Below, piece after piece: positions 37,822-45,856 of a stretch of DNA of 64,000 nt. The stretch spans positions 5,728,001-5,792,000 of the forward strand of contig CBDCJH010000002.1 of the NCBI GenBank assembly GCA_965217775.1, written 5' to 3'. The position numbers and the translations under genes were made by a program. Below the pieces are notes generated by a model, which searched no databases, was not told where the DNA came from, and saw nothing but the letters and a program-made list of their open reading frames with translations. How positions within the stretch are numbered: position 1 is the stretch's first letter; the number at the start of each line of letters is the position of its first letter. The stretch is from Acidobacteriota bacterium (GTDB lineage: Bacteria > Acidobacteriota > UBA6911 > RPQK01 > JAJDTT01).

Positions 37822-39084
37822 TCAGCTTCGCCAGAATTGCGACTCCCGGGGGGCTTGGTAGCTCACCGACAAGTGGGGCGTCTCGAGAGTTTTTCCGTCT
37901 TGGGCGAGTGACCGAACCCCGGCCTCGACCAGGCCGGAGGTGAGCAGCGTCCGTTCCGCCGGATAGGGGGCACTTCCCGTCAGCACCATCTCCTCCACCT
38001 TGGACATCAGGGCCGCTGAATAAACGACGTTGGGACTCGGGGGAAGGTAGAACAGGGTAGAGAGAGGCTCCGCGCGATCCGAGAGCCGGGCGGCGAAGGT
38101 GAAGTCTCCGACCAGGCCGTTCAGGAGCAGCATGGTGGCCTTCAATCCATCGTTGTACTGGAAACGGTAAACGACCGGTTCCTCCACCCATTGCCGGATC
38201 TGCTCAGAGCTGGGATACCGGTGGTTCACGTCTTCCGCCTGTGTGAGCGTGTGGCTGCGGGAGAGGCACGAGTGGAACAGTTGCGGGTCCCAGCCTCCGC
38301 CGTCAAAGGAGCCTTTTCCCATGGCGTCCCAGACCGGATCGCCCCGCAGTCCCTGGAGCCAGGCGACTCCGGTTTCACCGCCGCGGCGGCGTTCGGCCAT
38401 GCACTGGATCGTTTCCAGGGCATGGAAGTCATAGCTGTCCACGCCGCCCATGGCCACGCACATCACTTCCTCGACCTCGGCTCCATGGGGCATGTCGATG
38501 TCCGGCATTCTCCAGGTGACGGGCAAAGATGAGCCCGCCAGAAACGGAAACCCCATGGTTCGGGCCGTGTCGACCATCTCCTTGGCCCAGGCCCATTTCC
38601 AGGAAAGATGTTTGTCATTGAAGACGGGTACCGTAAGACCGTCCTGCTTGAAGACTTCTACGATTTCCTTGAAGAATTCGTAGCGGGGATAGAGCGTTTG
38701 GCCCAGGTCGTTGACCGGGTATTTTCCGTGTTCGCCGATCAAGAGAACGACGTCGACGGCCAGTTTGTCACCGCCGCAGCGTAGAGCCTCGGCGATGGTG
38801 GGATAGATGTGGAACCCGAACTCCCGCGCCCGGTGACGGCTCAGGTCGTTCTTCGGTTCCTGGTCCACATAGGCCGAAGCCAGTTCGATCGGAGACCGGT
38901 GCCACCGTCCCTCCATGGGGTATCCCGCCAGGAATCGCTCCCCCATGTGCCAGGCATGGGACCGGAATCGCCATTCGGTGGTCACGAGAGCCAGACGCTT
39001 GGCTTGCCTCGGCTTGGTCCAAAGTAGAGGCGCGGCCGCCAGGCTGCTCCCCAGGGCTCCGATGAAGGTGCGTCGCTGGATCAT
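37822..39084 (-). CDS. Tat-exported conserved hypothetical protein (Gfo/Idh/MocA-like fold inferred), paralog B
   Basis: QRRTFIG signal; IGEHG.YP, VFNDKHL, AGSSLP, YDFHALE; 420 aa, collinear with 40556-41818. Confidence 0.75.
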   Translation of the reverse strand: MIQRRTFIGALGSSLAAAPLLWTKPRQAKRLALVTTEWRFRSHAWHMGERFLAGYPMEGRWHRSPIELASAYVDQEPKNDLSRHRAREFGFHIYPTIAEALRCGGDKLAVDVVLLIGEHGKYPVNDLGQTLYPRYEFFKEIVEVFKQDGLTVPVFNDKHLSWKWAWAKEMVDTARTMGFPFLAGSSLPVTWRMPDIDMPHGAEVEEVMCVAMGGVDSYDFHALETIQCMAERRRGGETGVAWLQGLRGDPVWDAMGKGSFDGGGWDPQLFHSCLSRSHTLTQAEDVNHRYPSSEQIRQWVEEPVVYRFQYNDGLKATMLLLNGLVGDFTFAARLSDRAEPLSTLFYLPPSPNVVYSAALMSKVEEMVLTGSAPYPAERTLLTSGLVEAGVRSLAQDGKTLETPHLSVSYQAPRESQFWRS

Positions 39085-39195
39085 CGTCGGATCTCCGTCA
39101 GGTCAATTGTGAATTCATTTCTCGCACGGCGGCTGCGGGCCGGCTGAACTTCCATCCCGCTCTCAGGGGAACGGCGGCAACCCCAGGATCCGCTC

Positions 39196-39987
39196 GGCGG
39201 AGACTCGCTACAGGGAAGATATCACCTGCTGCGCCTGCACCCATTGTCAGTCGCCGAACTGGGCCTCGAGTCTGCGGATGACTTCGCACAATTGTTGAAG
39301 CTGGGCGGATTTCCCGAACCGTTCTTTTCGGGTTCCGAGGTTCAGGCGCGGCGCTGGTCGAGGGGATATCGGAATCTGCTAATTCGCGAAGAGATCAGGG
39401 AACTGGAACGGATCCAGGATCTGGGAAACCTCGAGTTGCTTGTCATGCGCCTGCCGGAACTGGTCGGATCATTGCTCTCACTCAACGCGCTCCGGGAAGA
39501 TCTGCAAGTGAGCCACAAGGCGATCCGCAATTGGGTGGCCGCGTTGGAACGGCTCTACGCCCTGTTTCGGATCTCCCCGTTCGGCAGCCCCAAGATCAGG
39601 GCGATCAAGAAGGCGCAGAAGCACTACCATTTCGATTGGTCACTGGTTCCCCGGCGCGGTCCGCGGCTCGAAAACCTGATCGCCGCGCATTTGTTGAAGT
39701 GGGTCCACTACCGGCAGGACGCCGAGGGGCTTGATCTCGACCTCCAGTTCTTTCGCGATACCGATGGGCGCGAGGTGGACTTCATTGTCACCGACAGGAG
39801 GCAGCCCGTACTGGCGGTCGAATGCAAGTGGTTCCAGTCGAGTCCGGACCGGAGCCTTCGCTACTGGAAAAAACGGTTCCCGGAATGCGAGAGCTGGATG
39901 GTGACAGCCCGCGAGGGGCGGGAATTCGTAACGGCGGACGGGATTCGAGTGTGCCATGCACTCAGGTTTCTCAGTCGTCTCATCTGA
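39196..39987 (+). pseudogene. 5'-truncated AAA_14/DUF4143 ATPase
   Basis: Homology starts at GGDSLQGRYHLLRLHPLS; GGFPE, K.Y.FD, LENL, FFRD.DGREVDF, ECK present; no Walker A/B region or proper start. Confidence 0.8.
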
Positions 39988-40037
39988 TCGGCGAGTTTGG
40001 GGAGGGGGATTGAAAGGCGCCGGCCAAGTGCCGGGAT

Positions 40038-40202
40038 TCAGAGGAATTCGCAGGCAAGATAGATGATGGCCAAGACCGCGCCCTGAATCCATATGGCCCG
40101 GACAAAATCGCGCCTGAACTTGACTATGTCTGCGCGGAGCGCCTGAAATCCAGTGGATTCAAGGTTCTGCTTGACGGTGTCCGAATCGAATGCAGGACTC
40201 AT
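40038..40202 (-). CDS. Short DUF1640/CCDC90-like protein (54 aa, possibly a remnant)
   Basis: MSPAFDS..LESTG head and RAIWIQGA TM tail similar to 41894-42310, without the repeat stalk. Confidence 0.55.
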   Translation of the reverse strand: MSPAFDSDTVKQNLESTGFQALRADIVKFRRDFVRAIWIQGAVLAIIYLACEFL

Positions 40203-40255
40203 CGGCGCCTCTCTGGGATCTTCGCTGAACTGTCCTCCGACTTCAACACCCTCAA

Positions 40256-40413
40256 CAGTCCGTGGTGAAAGTCGCGCGAGCACCGAGACCGTTCCTGCGC
40301 CCGCCGGACAAGGCGCGATGAGGGAGCATACCGGGAGTATGTGACCGAATCGCAACGCAGTCCGCCGGGATGCAGGGACGGTCGAATGCCGCGACGACTT
40401 TTGCCACGGGCTG
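40256..40413. mobile_element. Intact 158-bp MITE
   Basis: 18-bp imperfect TIRs; 4-bp direct repeat TCAA at 40252-40255 and 40414-40417; contains the empty IS110 target GAGGGAGCATACC. Confidence 0.9.
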
Positions 40414-40555
40414 TCAACCGGAGTTCGCCCGAAAGGTGAGGCGGATTCTCCTCAGGGGGTCGACAATGGGAGGTTGACAGTCCGTGGTAAGAGTCCCACG
40501 TAGCACCGAAAGGGGCGGTGCCCGCAGCGTCGGCCACTACGATTTTCGTCGCATC

Positions 40556-41818
40556 TCAACTCCGACAGAATTGAGACTTTCTCGGTGCCTGGTAGCTCAC
40601 CGACAAGTGGGGTGTCTCAAGGGTCTTCCCGCCTTGGGCGAGTGACCGTACCCCGGCCTCGACCAAACCGGTGGTCAGCAGGGTCCGTTCCGCCGGATAG
40701 GGGGCTGCCCCGGTCAGAACCATCTCCTCCACCTTGGACATCAGGGCTGCGAAATGAACCACGTTGGGCACCGGCGACAGGTAGAACAGTGTGGAGAGAG
40801 GCTCTGAGCGATCCTCGAGGCGCGCGGCAAATGTGAAGTCTTCAACCAGGCCGTTCAGTAGGAGCATCGTCCCCTTCAATCCATCGTTGTATTGGAACCG
40901 GTATGCGACCGGTTCTTTCACCCACTGCCGAATCTGCTCCGGAGTGGGGTATCGGTGATTCATGTTTTCCGGCTGAGTGAGCTTGTGGCTTCGGCAGAGG
41001 CACGACCGGAACAGTTGCGGGTCCCAGCCCCCGCGGTCGAAGGAACCTTTTCCCATGGCATTCCAGACCGGATCGCCCCGTAACGCCTGGAGCCAGACGA
41101 CTCCGGTTTCCCCTCCCCGGCGGCGCTCGGCCATGCACTGAATCGTCTCCAGGGCGTGGATGTCGTAGCTGTCCACGCCGCCCGAGGCCACGCACATCAC
41201 TTCCTCGACCTCGGCGCCATAGGGCATGTCGATGTCCGGCATTCTCCAGGTGACGGGCAAAGATGAGCCGGCCAGAAACGGAAACCCCATCGATCGGGCC
41301 GTGTCGACCATCTCCTTGGCCCAATCCCATCTCCAGGAAAGATGTTTGTCATTGAAGACGGGCACCGTACGCCCATCCTGCTTGAAGACTTCGACCACCT
41401 CCTTGAAGAACTCGTAGCGGGGGTAGAGCTTCTGGCCCAGATCGTTGACCGGGTATCGACCGTGTTCGCCGATCACGAGGACCACGTCGACGGCCAATTT
41501 GTCCCCGCCGCAGCGAAGCGTCTCGGCGATTGTGGGATAGATGGGAAACCCGAACTCTCGTGCGCGGTCGCGGCTCAGGTCATTCTCCGGTTTCTGGTCG
41601 ACGTAGGCTGATACGAGCCTGATGGGGGACTGGTGCCAACGCCCCTCCACGGGATAACCTGCAAGAAACCGTTGACCCGTGTGCCAGGCATGAGAATAGA
41701 GACGCCATTCGGTGGCCACCACGGCCAGCCGCTTCGGTTTTGCGTGGCCTTTTCCAAGGAGAGGAGCGGTCGCCAAGCTGCCCCCGAGGGCGCCGATGAA
41801 GGTGCGTCGGTGGATCAT
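40556..41818 (-). CDS. Tat-exported conserved hypothetical protein, paralog A
   Basis: HRRTFIG signal; same length and motifs as 37822-39084. Confidence 0.75.
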   Translation of the reverse strand: MIHRRTFIGALGGSLATAPLLGKGHAKPKRLAVVATEWRLYSHAWHTGQRFLAGYPVEGRWHQSPIRLVSAYVDQKPENDLSRDRAREFGFPIYPTIAETLRCGGDKLAVDVVLVIGEHGRYPVNDLGQKLYPRYEFFKEVVEVFKQDGRTVPVFNDKHLSWRWDWAKEMVDTARSMGFPFLAGSSLPVTWRMPDIDMPYGAEVEEVMCVASGGVDSYDIHALETIQCMAERRRGGETGVVWLQALRGDPVWNAMGKGSFDRGGWDPQLFRSCLCRSHKLTQPENMNHRYPTPEQIRQWVKEPVAYRFQYNDGLKGTMLLLNGLVEDFTFAARLEDRSEPLSTLFYLSPVPNVVHFAALMSKVEEMVLTGAAPYPAERTLLTTGLVEAGVRSLAQGGKTLETPHLSVSYQAPRKSQFCRS

Positions 41819-41893
41819 CAGAGATCTCCTTCAGTTCAATCCTGATTCGTTCCTCGAGCGGCACTACCCAAGGGCCGACCGAACGCCGGTCTG

Positions 41894-42310
41894 TCAGAAG
41901 ATTTTGGAGGCGAGGACAATGCCGGCCAGTCCGGCGCCTTGTATCCACAGGGCCCGGAAAAGTTCGCCCCTGTGTTTGCCCATCTCGGCGCGCAATTCCG
42001 CTGCCATGGCCGCGATCTCGGAACGCAACGCGGCCGTATTGGCCGCGATCTCGGAACGCAACGCGGCCGTATTGGCCTCCAGGTCGGAACGCAACGCGGC
42101 CGTATTGGCCGCGATCTCGGAACGCAACGCCGCCGTACTGGCCTCCAGGTCGGAACGCAACGCCGCCACATTCGAGTCCAGATCCCGTTTCGTGGCGGCG
42201 GTATCCCGACTCTCCTGAATGGCGAAAACGATCGCCTCGGCCTGTTTGGTTGCAATTCCGGCGGCTTCAAGTCTGCGGGCGGTGGACAAGGTATCGTATG
42301 GGGTGCTCAT
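41894..42310 (-). CDS. DUF1640/CCDC90-like coiled-coil membrane-anchored protein (138 aa)
   Basis: YDTL..ARRLEAAG...QAEAIV head, ATKRDL neck, 11-residue repeats, C-terminal TM; GGAG RBS. Confidence 0.8.
   Translation of the reverse strand: MSTPYDTLSTARRLEAAGIATKQAEAIVFAIQESRDTAATKRDLDSNVAALRSDLEASTAALRSEIAANTAALRSDLEANTAALRSEIAANTAALRSEIAAMAAELRAEMGKHRGELFRALWIQGAGLAGIVLASKIF
42007..42171. repeat. Coding tandem repeat, 5 x 33 bp
   Basis: Units of two types (TGGCCGCGATCTCGGAACGCAACGC.. and TGGCCTCCAGGTCGGAACGCAACGC..) encoding AALRSEIAANT / AALRSDLEA(N/S)T. Confidence 0.93.
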
Positions 42311-42634
42311 CTGCGTATCTCCCAAATCATGGCTGAATGGATGACTGACTTCAATGCACATAACGAGTCCCAGGGTGTTTCCATGAATGGCAAGCTATGG
42401 CCTCGTGCAGGAAAGCAGGACTGCGCATTGCCCGGGAGGAACCCGCTCGCCTGCAACCGCGGCGCCGAGTGGGTGTGATTCCGGCGTCCTTCCCCGCCGG
42501 CAGCGGACGATTCCCGGACTGTGGACTCGATAACTTCGACCCTCTACCATTACTGCCCGTGTCAGGAGTCCCCGTGGCATCCCCATCGATGGACTCTGAC
42601 CATGGACCGAGATCGCCGACAAGGAGTACTTCAT

Positions 42635-45600
42635 ATGCCAGGAATTTCATGGACGGAGGAGTCGTTTTCGGGCCTCAGGTGGCGTCTGGCGGGGCCGTTT
42701 CGCGGTGGGCGGGTGGTGGCGGTGGCCGGCCACCCCACCAAGCCCATGGTCTTCTACTTCGGCGCCGTGGCCGGCGGGGTCTGGAAGACGGAAGACGGCG
42801 GCACCTATTGGGAGAACATCTCGGACGGCTTCTTCAACACCTCGTCCATCGGCGCCCTGGCCGTTTCTCCGTCCGACCCCAACGTGATCTATGCCGGGAC
42901 CGGAGAGACGACCATCCGCACCGACGTCTCCTACGGCGACGGAGTGTACCGCTCCACCGACGGGGGAAAGACCTGGGTCCATCTGGGACTCGAGGAGACC
43001 CGTCACATCGGAGAGATCAGAATCCATCCCCAGGACCCGGATCTGGTCTATGTCGCCGCCTTGGGCCATGCCTTCGGTCCCAACCGGGAGCGAGGGGTCT
43101 ATCGCAGCCGGGACGGGGGCGCCAACTGGGAGCATGTGTTGTTTCACAGTCCCCGTGCGGGGGCGGTGGATCTGGCCATGGATGCGACCAATCCCAGGAT
43201 CCTTTTCGCCACTGTCTGGCAGACTCACCGGCACTTCTGGGAACTCTCCAGCGGCGGTCCCGACAGCACCCTCTACCGCTCCAACGACGGAGGAGACACC
43301 TGGACCGACATCGGCGGGAACAAGGGCCTGCCGAAGGGTATTCTGGGAAAGATTGGGATCACCGTCAGCCCGGCCCGGCCCCAACGGGTCTGGGCCATCA
43401 TCGAGGCCGAAAAGGCCGGCGTCTACTGCTCTGACGACGGCGGGGACACCTGGGAGCGGCTCAACAGCTCCCGGGATCTGCTGAACCGTCCCTGGTACTA
43501 CCTTCACATCTTCGCGGATCCGCAGGATCCGGAGACGGTCTGGGTCACGAATCTCAGCACCTGGAAGTCGACCGACGGAGGACGCAACTTCTCCCGGATC
43601 TCCGCCCCCCACGGGGACGACCACGACATGTGGTTCGATCCCGCCAATCCCCAGCGCATGATCCAGGGAAACGACGGGGGCGCCTGCGTCAGCTTCAATG
43701 GCGGGGAGACCTGGTCCACCATCTACAACCAGCCCACGGCCCAGATCTACCGCATCGATCTGGACAACCGGTTCCCCTACCGGATCTACGGAACCCAGCA
43801 GGACAATTCCAGCATCGCGGTTCCCAGCGCCACTGAGCACGGCGCCATTCCATGGGGAATGTGTTATGCCGCCGGCACCGGCGAGAGTGGATACATCGCG
43901 GTGCATCCGGAGAATCCCGATATCGTCTATGTGGGCGCCGTGGGCAGTTCCCCCGGCGGGGGAGCTCCGTTGCAGCGCTACGATCGGAAGACCCGCCAGA
44001 TCCGCCTGGTGACGGTCTGGCCCGATGTGGCTTCCGGCCGGGCTCCGGCCGATCTGAAATACCGGTTCAACTGGACCTACCCCATCCTGTTCTCTCCTCA
44101 CGACCCCGGCCTGTTGTATGCCGCCGGCAATCGGGTCTTCTACACCCGGGACGAGGGGAGCAGTTGGCAGCTCATGAGCCCCGATTTGAGCCGCCGGGAC
44201 CGCTCCAAGCTGGTGGCTTCGGGTGGTCCCCTCACCAAGGACGTCAGCGGCGCCGAGGTCTACGCCACCGTCTCCACCCTGGTCGAGTCGCCACTCACCC
44301 CGGGACTGCTCTGGGCCGGGACCGACGACGGCCTGGTCCATATCACCCGGGACGGCGGCGAAAACTGGAGGGAGATCACGCCCCCCGGGGTGCCCGAGTG
44401 GTCCCTCATCTCCAGAGTGACCGCATCACCTTATGATCCGGCCACCGCCTACGTCGCCGCGACCCGCTACAAACTGGACGACTACGATCCCTACCTCTAC
44501 GTGACCCGGGACTACGGCGAGACTTGGCAGGATCTGGGCCGAGCCTTGCCCAGGGGAGAGATCACGCGGGTGATTCGGGAGGACCCGGTTCGGCGGGGTC
44601 TGCTCTACGTCGGAACCGAGACCGGCATTTTCGTCTCCCTGGATGAGGGGAAGTCCTGGTTCCGCCTTCGGAACAACCTGCCGGTGGCACCCATCTATGA
44701 CCTGGCGGTCAAGGACGGAGATCTGGTAGCAGCCACTCACGGGCGATCCATCTGGATCCTGGATGACGTGACGCCCCTGCGGCAGGCGGCCGCCGGTGAG
44801 ACGGAAGGTCGGGCGGTTCTCTTTCCACCGCGGCCGACGATGCGGATGTGGCTCCAGTGGGGGGCCGCCGGGGGCGACTGGCCGGGCAAGAATTACATGT
44901 TGGGACTGGGTATGGAAGGCACCTATCGCCAGGATCCCACCGAGGAGAACGAACCCCGTCTTCAAGGTCTGGACGTGGGAGAGAACCCGCCCCGGGGCGT
45001 CATCGTCTACTACTACCTGAGCGAGGTGCCTTCCGAGGACCTGCGCCTGACCTTCCTGGACCGGAAGGGAAACAAGATCAAGAGCGTCGCCAGAAAGGAC
45101 GATGGAGACGAGGCGCCGGCCGATGACGACAGTGGCGACTCTTCCAAGAAAGAGCGGTACCTGACGGCCCACGCCGGGATCAACCGCTTCGTTTGGGACC
45201 TGTGCTATCCCGAGGCGGAGAAGTTCGACGGCGACGTCACCACCAAGGGGGCGGACACGTCCTTGATGGCCGCCCCGGGAACCTATCGAGTGGTGCTGGA
45301 GTTGGGGGACCGGAGTTGGACGCACGACTTCCGGCTCACCAAGGATCCCCGGTCGTCCGCCACCCAGGAGGACCTGGAGGCCCAGTTCCAGACCTTGGTC
45401 CGGATCCGGGACAAGGTATCCGAAACCCATGGGATGCTTGGGCAGATCGCTCGAATTCGGGACCAGGTGAAACGATGGATCGAGCGGCTTCAGGAGTCCG
45501 GGCGGAAAGAAGCGGCCCGGGAGGCGGCGAACCAGGCGGATGAACTGAGCCGAAAACTGGATGGGATCGAGTCCCGCCTGGTGACCTTCGGCGCCGAGGG

Positions 45601-45829
45601 AGACTTCGACTGGATCCGGATTCCTGCGGGCCTCAACTACCGGCTCATCTCCTTGATGAGCGTCGTCTCCTCCGCCGATGCGGCGCCGACCCGGCAAGTG
45701 CTTGACGTGTTCGAGCATCTCTCCGCCGAAGCGGATGCAGCCTCGCGAGAATTGGACGCGCTGGTGAATCGCGAGGTGGCCGCCTTCAATCGTCTGGTGG
45801 CGGAAACCGGAATCCCTCCCGTGGGGTGA
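42635..45829 (+). CDS. VPS10/sortilin-like BNR-repeat protein (putative glycosyl hydrolase) with C-terminal coiled coil
   Basis: AAGGAG RBS; GPFRGGR, many S.DGG..W Asp-boxes, HGDDH, GTQQDN, ATHGRS; no evident signal peptide. Confidence 0.85.
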   Translation: MPGISWTEESFSGLRWRLAGPFRGGRVVAVAGHPTKPMVFYFGAVAGGVWKTEDGGTYWENISDGFFNTSSIGALAVSPSDPNVIYAGTGETTIRTDVSYGDGVYRSTDGGKTWVHLGLEETRHIGEIRIHPQDPDLVYVAALGHAFGPNRERGVYRSRDGGANWEHVLFHSPRAGAVDLAMDATNPRILFATVWQTHRHFWELSSGGPDSTLYRSNDGGDTWTDIGGNKGLPKGILGKIGITVSPARPQRVWAIIEAEKAGVYCSDDGGDTWERLNSSRDLLNRPWYYLHIFADPQDPETVWVTNLSTWKSTDGGRNFSRISAPHGDDHDMWFDPANPQRMIQGNDGGACVSFNGGETWSTIYNQPTAQIYRIDLDNRFPYRIYGTQQDNSSIAVPSATEHGAIPWGMCYAAGTGESGYIAVHPENPDIVYVGAVGSSPGGGAPLQRYDRKTRQIRLVTVWPDVASGRAPADLKYRFNWTYPILFSPHDPGLLYAAGNRVFYTRDEGSSWQLMSPDLSRRDRSKLVASGGPLTKDVSGAEVYATVSTLVESPLTPGLLWAGTDDGLVHITRDGGENWREITPPGVPEWSLISRVTASPYDPATAYVAATRYKLDDYDPYLYVTRDYGETWQDLGRALPRGEITRVIREDPVRRGLLYVGTETGIFVSLDEGKSWFRLRNNLPVAPIYDLAVKDGDLVAATHGRSIWILDDVTPLRQAAAGETEGRAVLFPPRPTMRMWLQWGAAGGDWPGKNYMLGLGMEGTYRQDPTEENEPRLQGLDVGENPPRGVIVYYYLSEVPSEDLRLTFLDRKGNKIKSVARKDDGDEAPADDDSGDSSKKERYLTAHAGINRFVWDLCYPEAEKFDGDVTTKGADTSLMAAPGTYRVVLELGDRSWTHDFRLTKDPRSSATQEDLEAQFQTLVRIRDKVSETHGMLGQIARIRDQVKRWIERLQESGRKEAAREAANQADELSRKLDGIESRLVTFGAEGDFDWIRIPAGLNYRLISLMSVVSSADAAPTRQVLDVFEHLSAEADAASRELDALVNREVAAFNRLVAETGIPPVG

Positions 45830-45856
45830 CTTCCGGGCTGCCGTGACTGCCAGCCG

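Noticed and set aside
42007-42171. 33-bp repeats as a CRISPR array
   Set aside because: Units are contiguous with no unique spacers, in frame within a coding gene, and no cas genes are present
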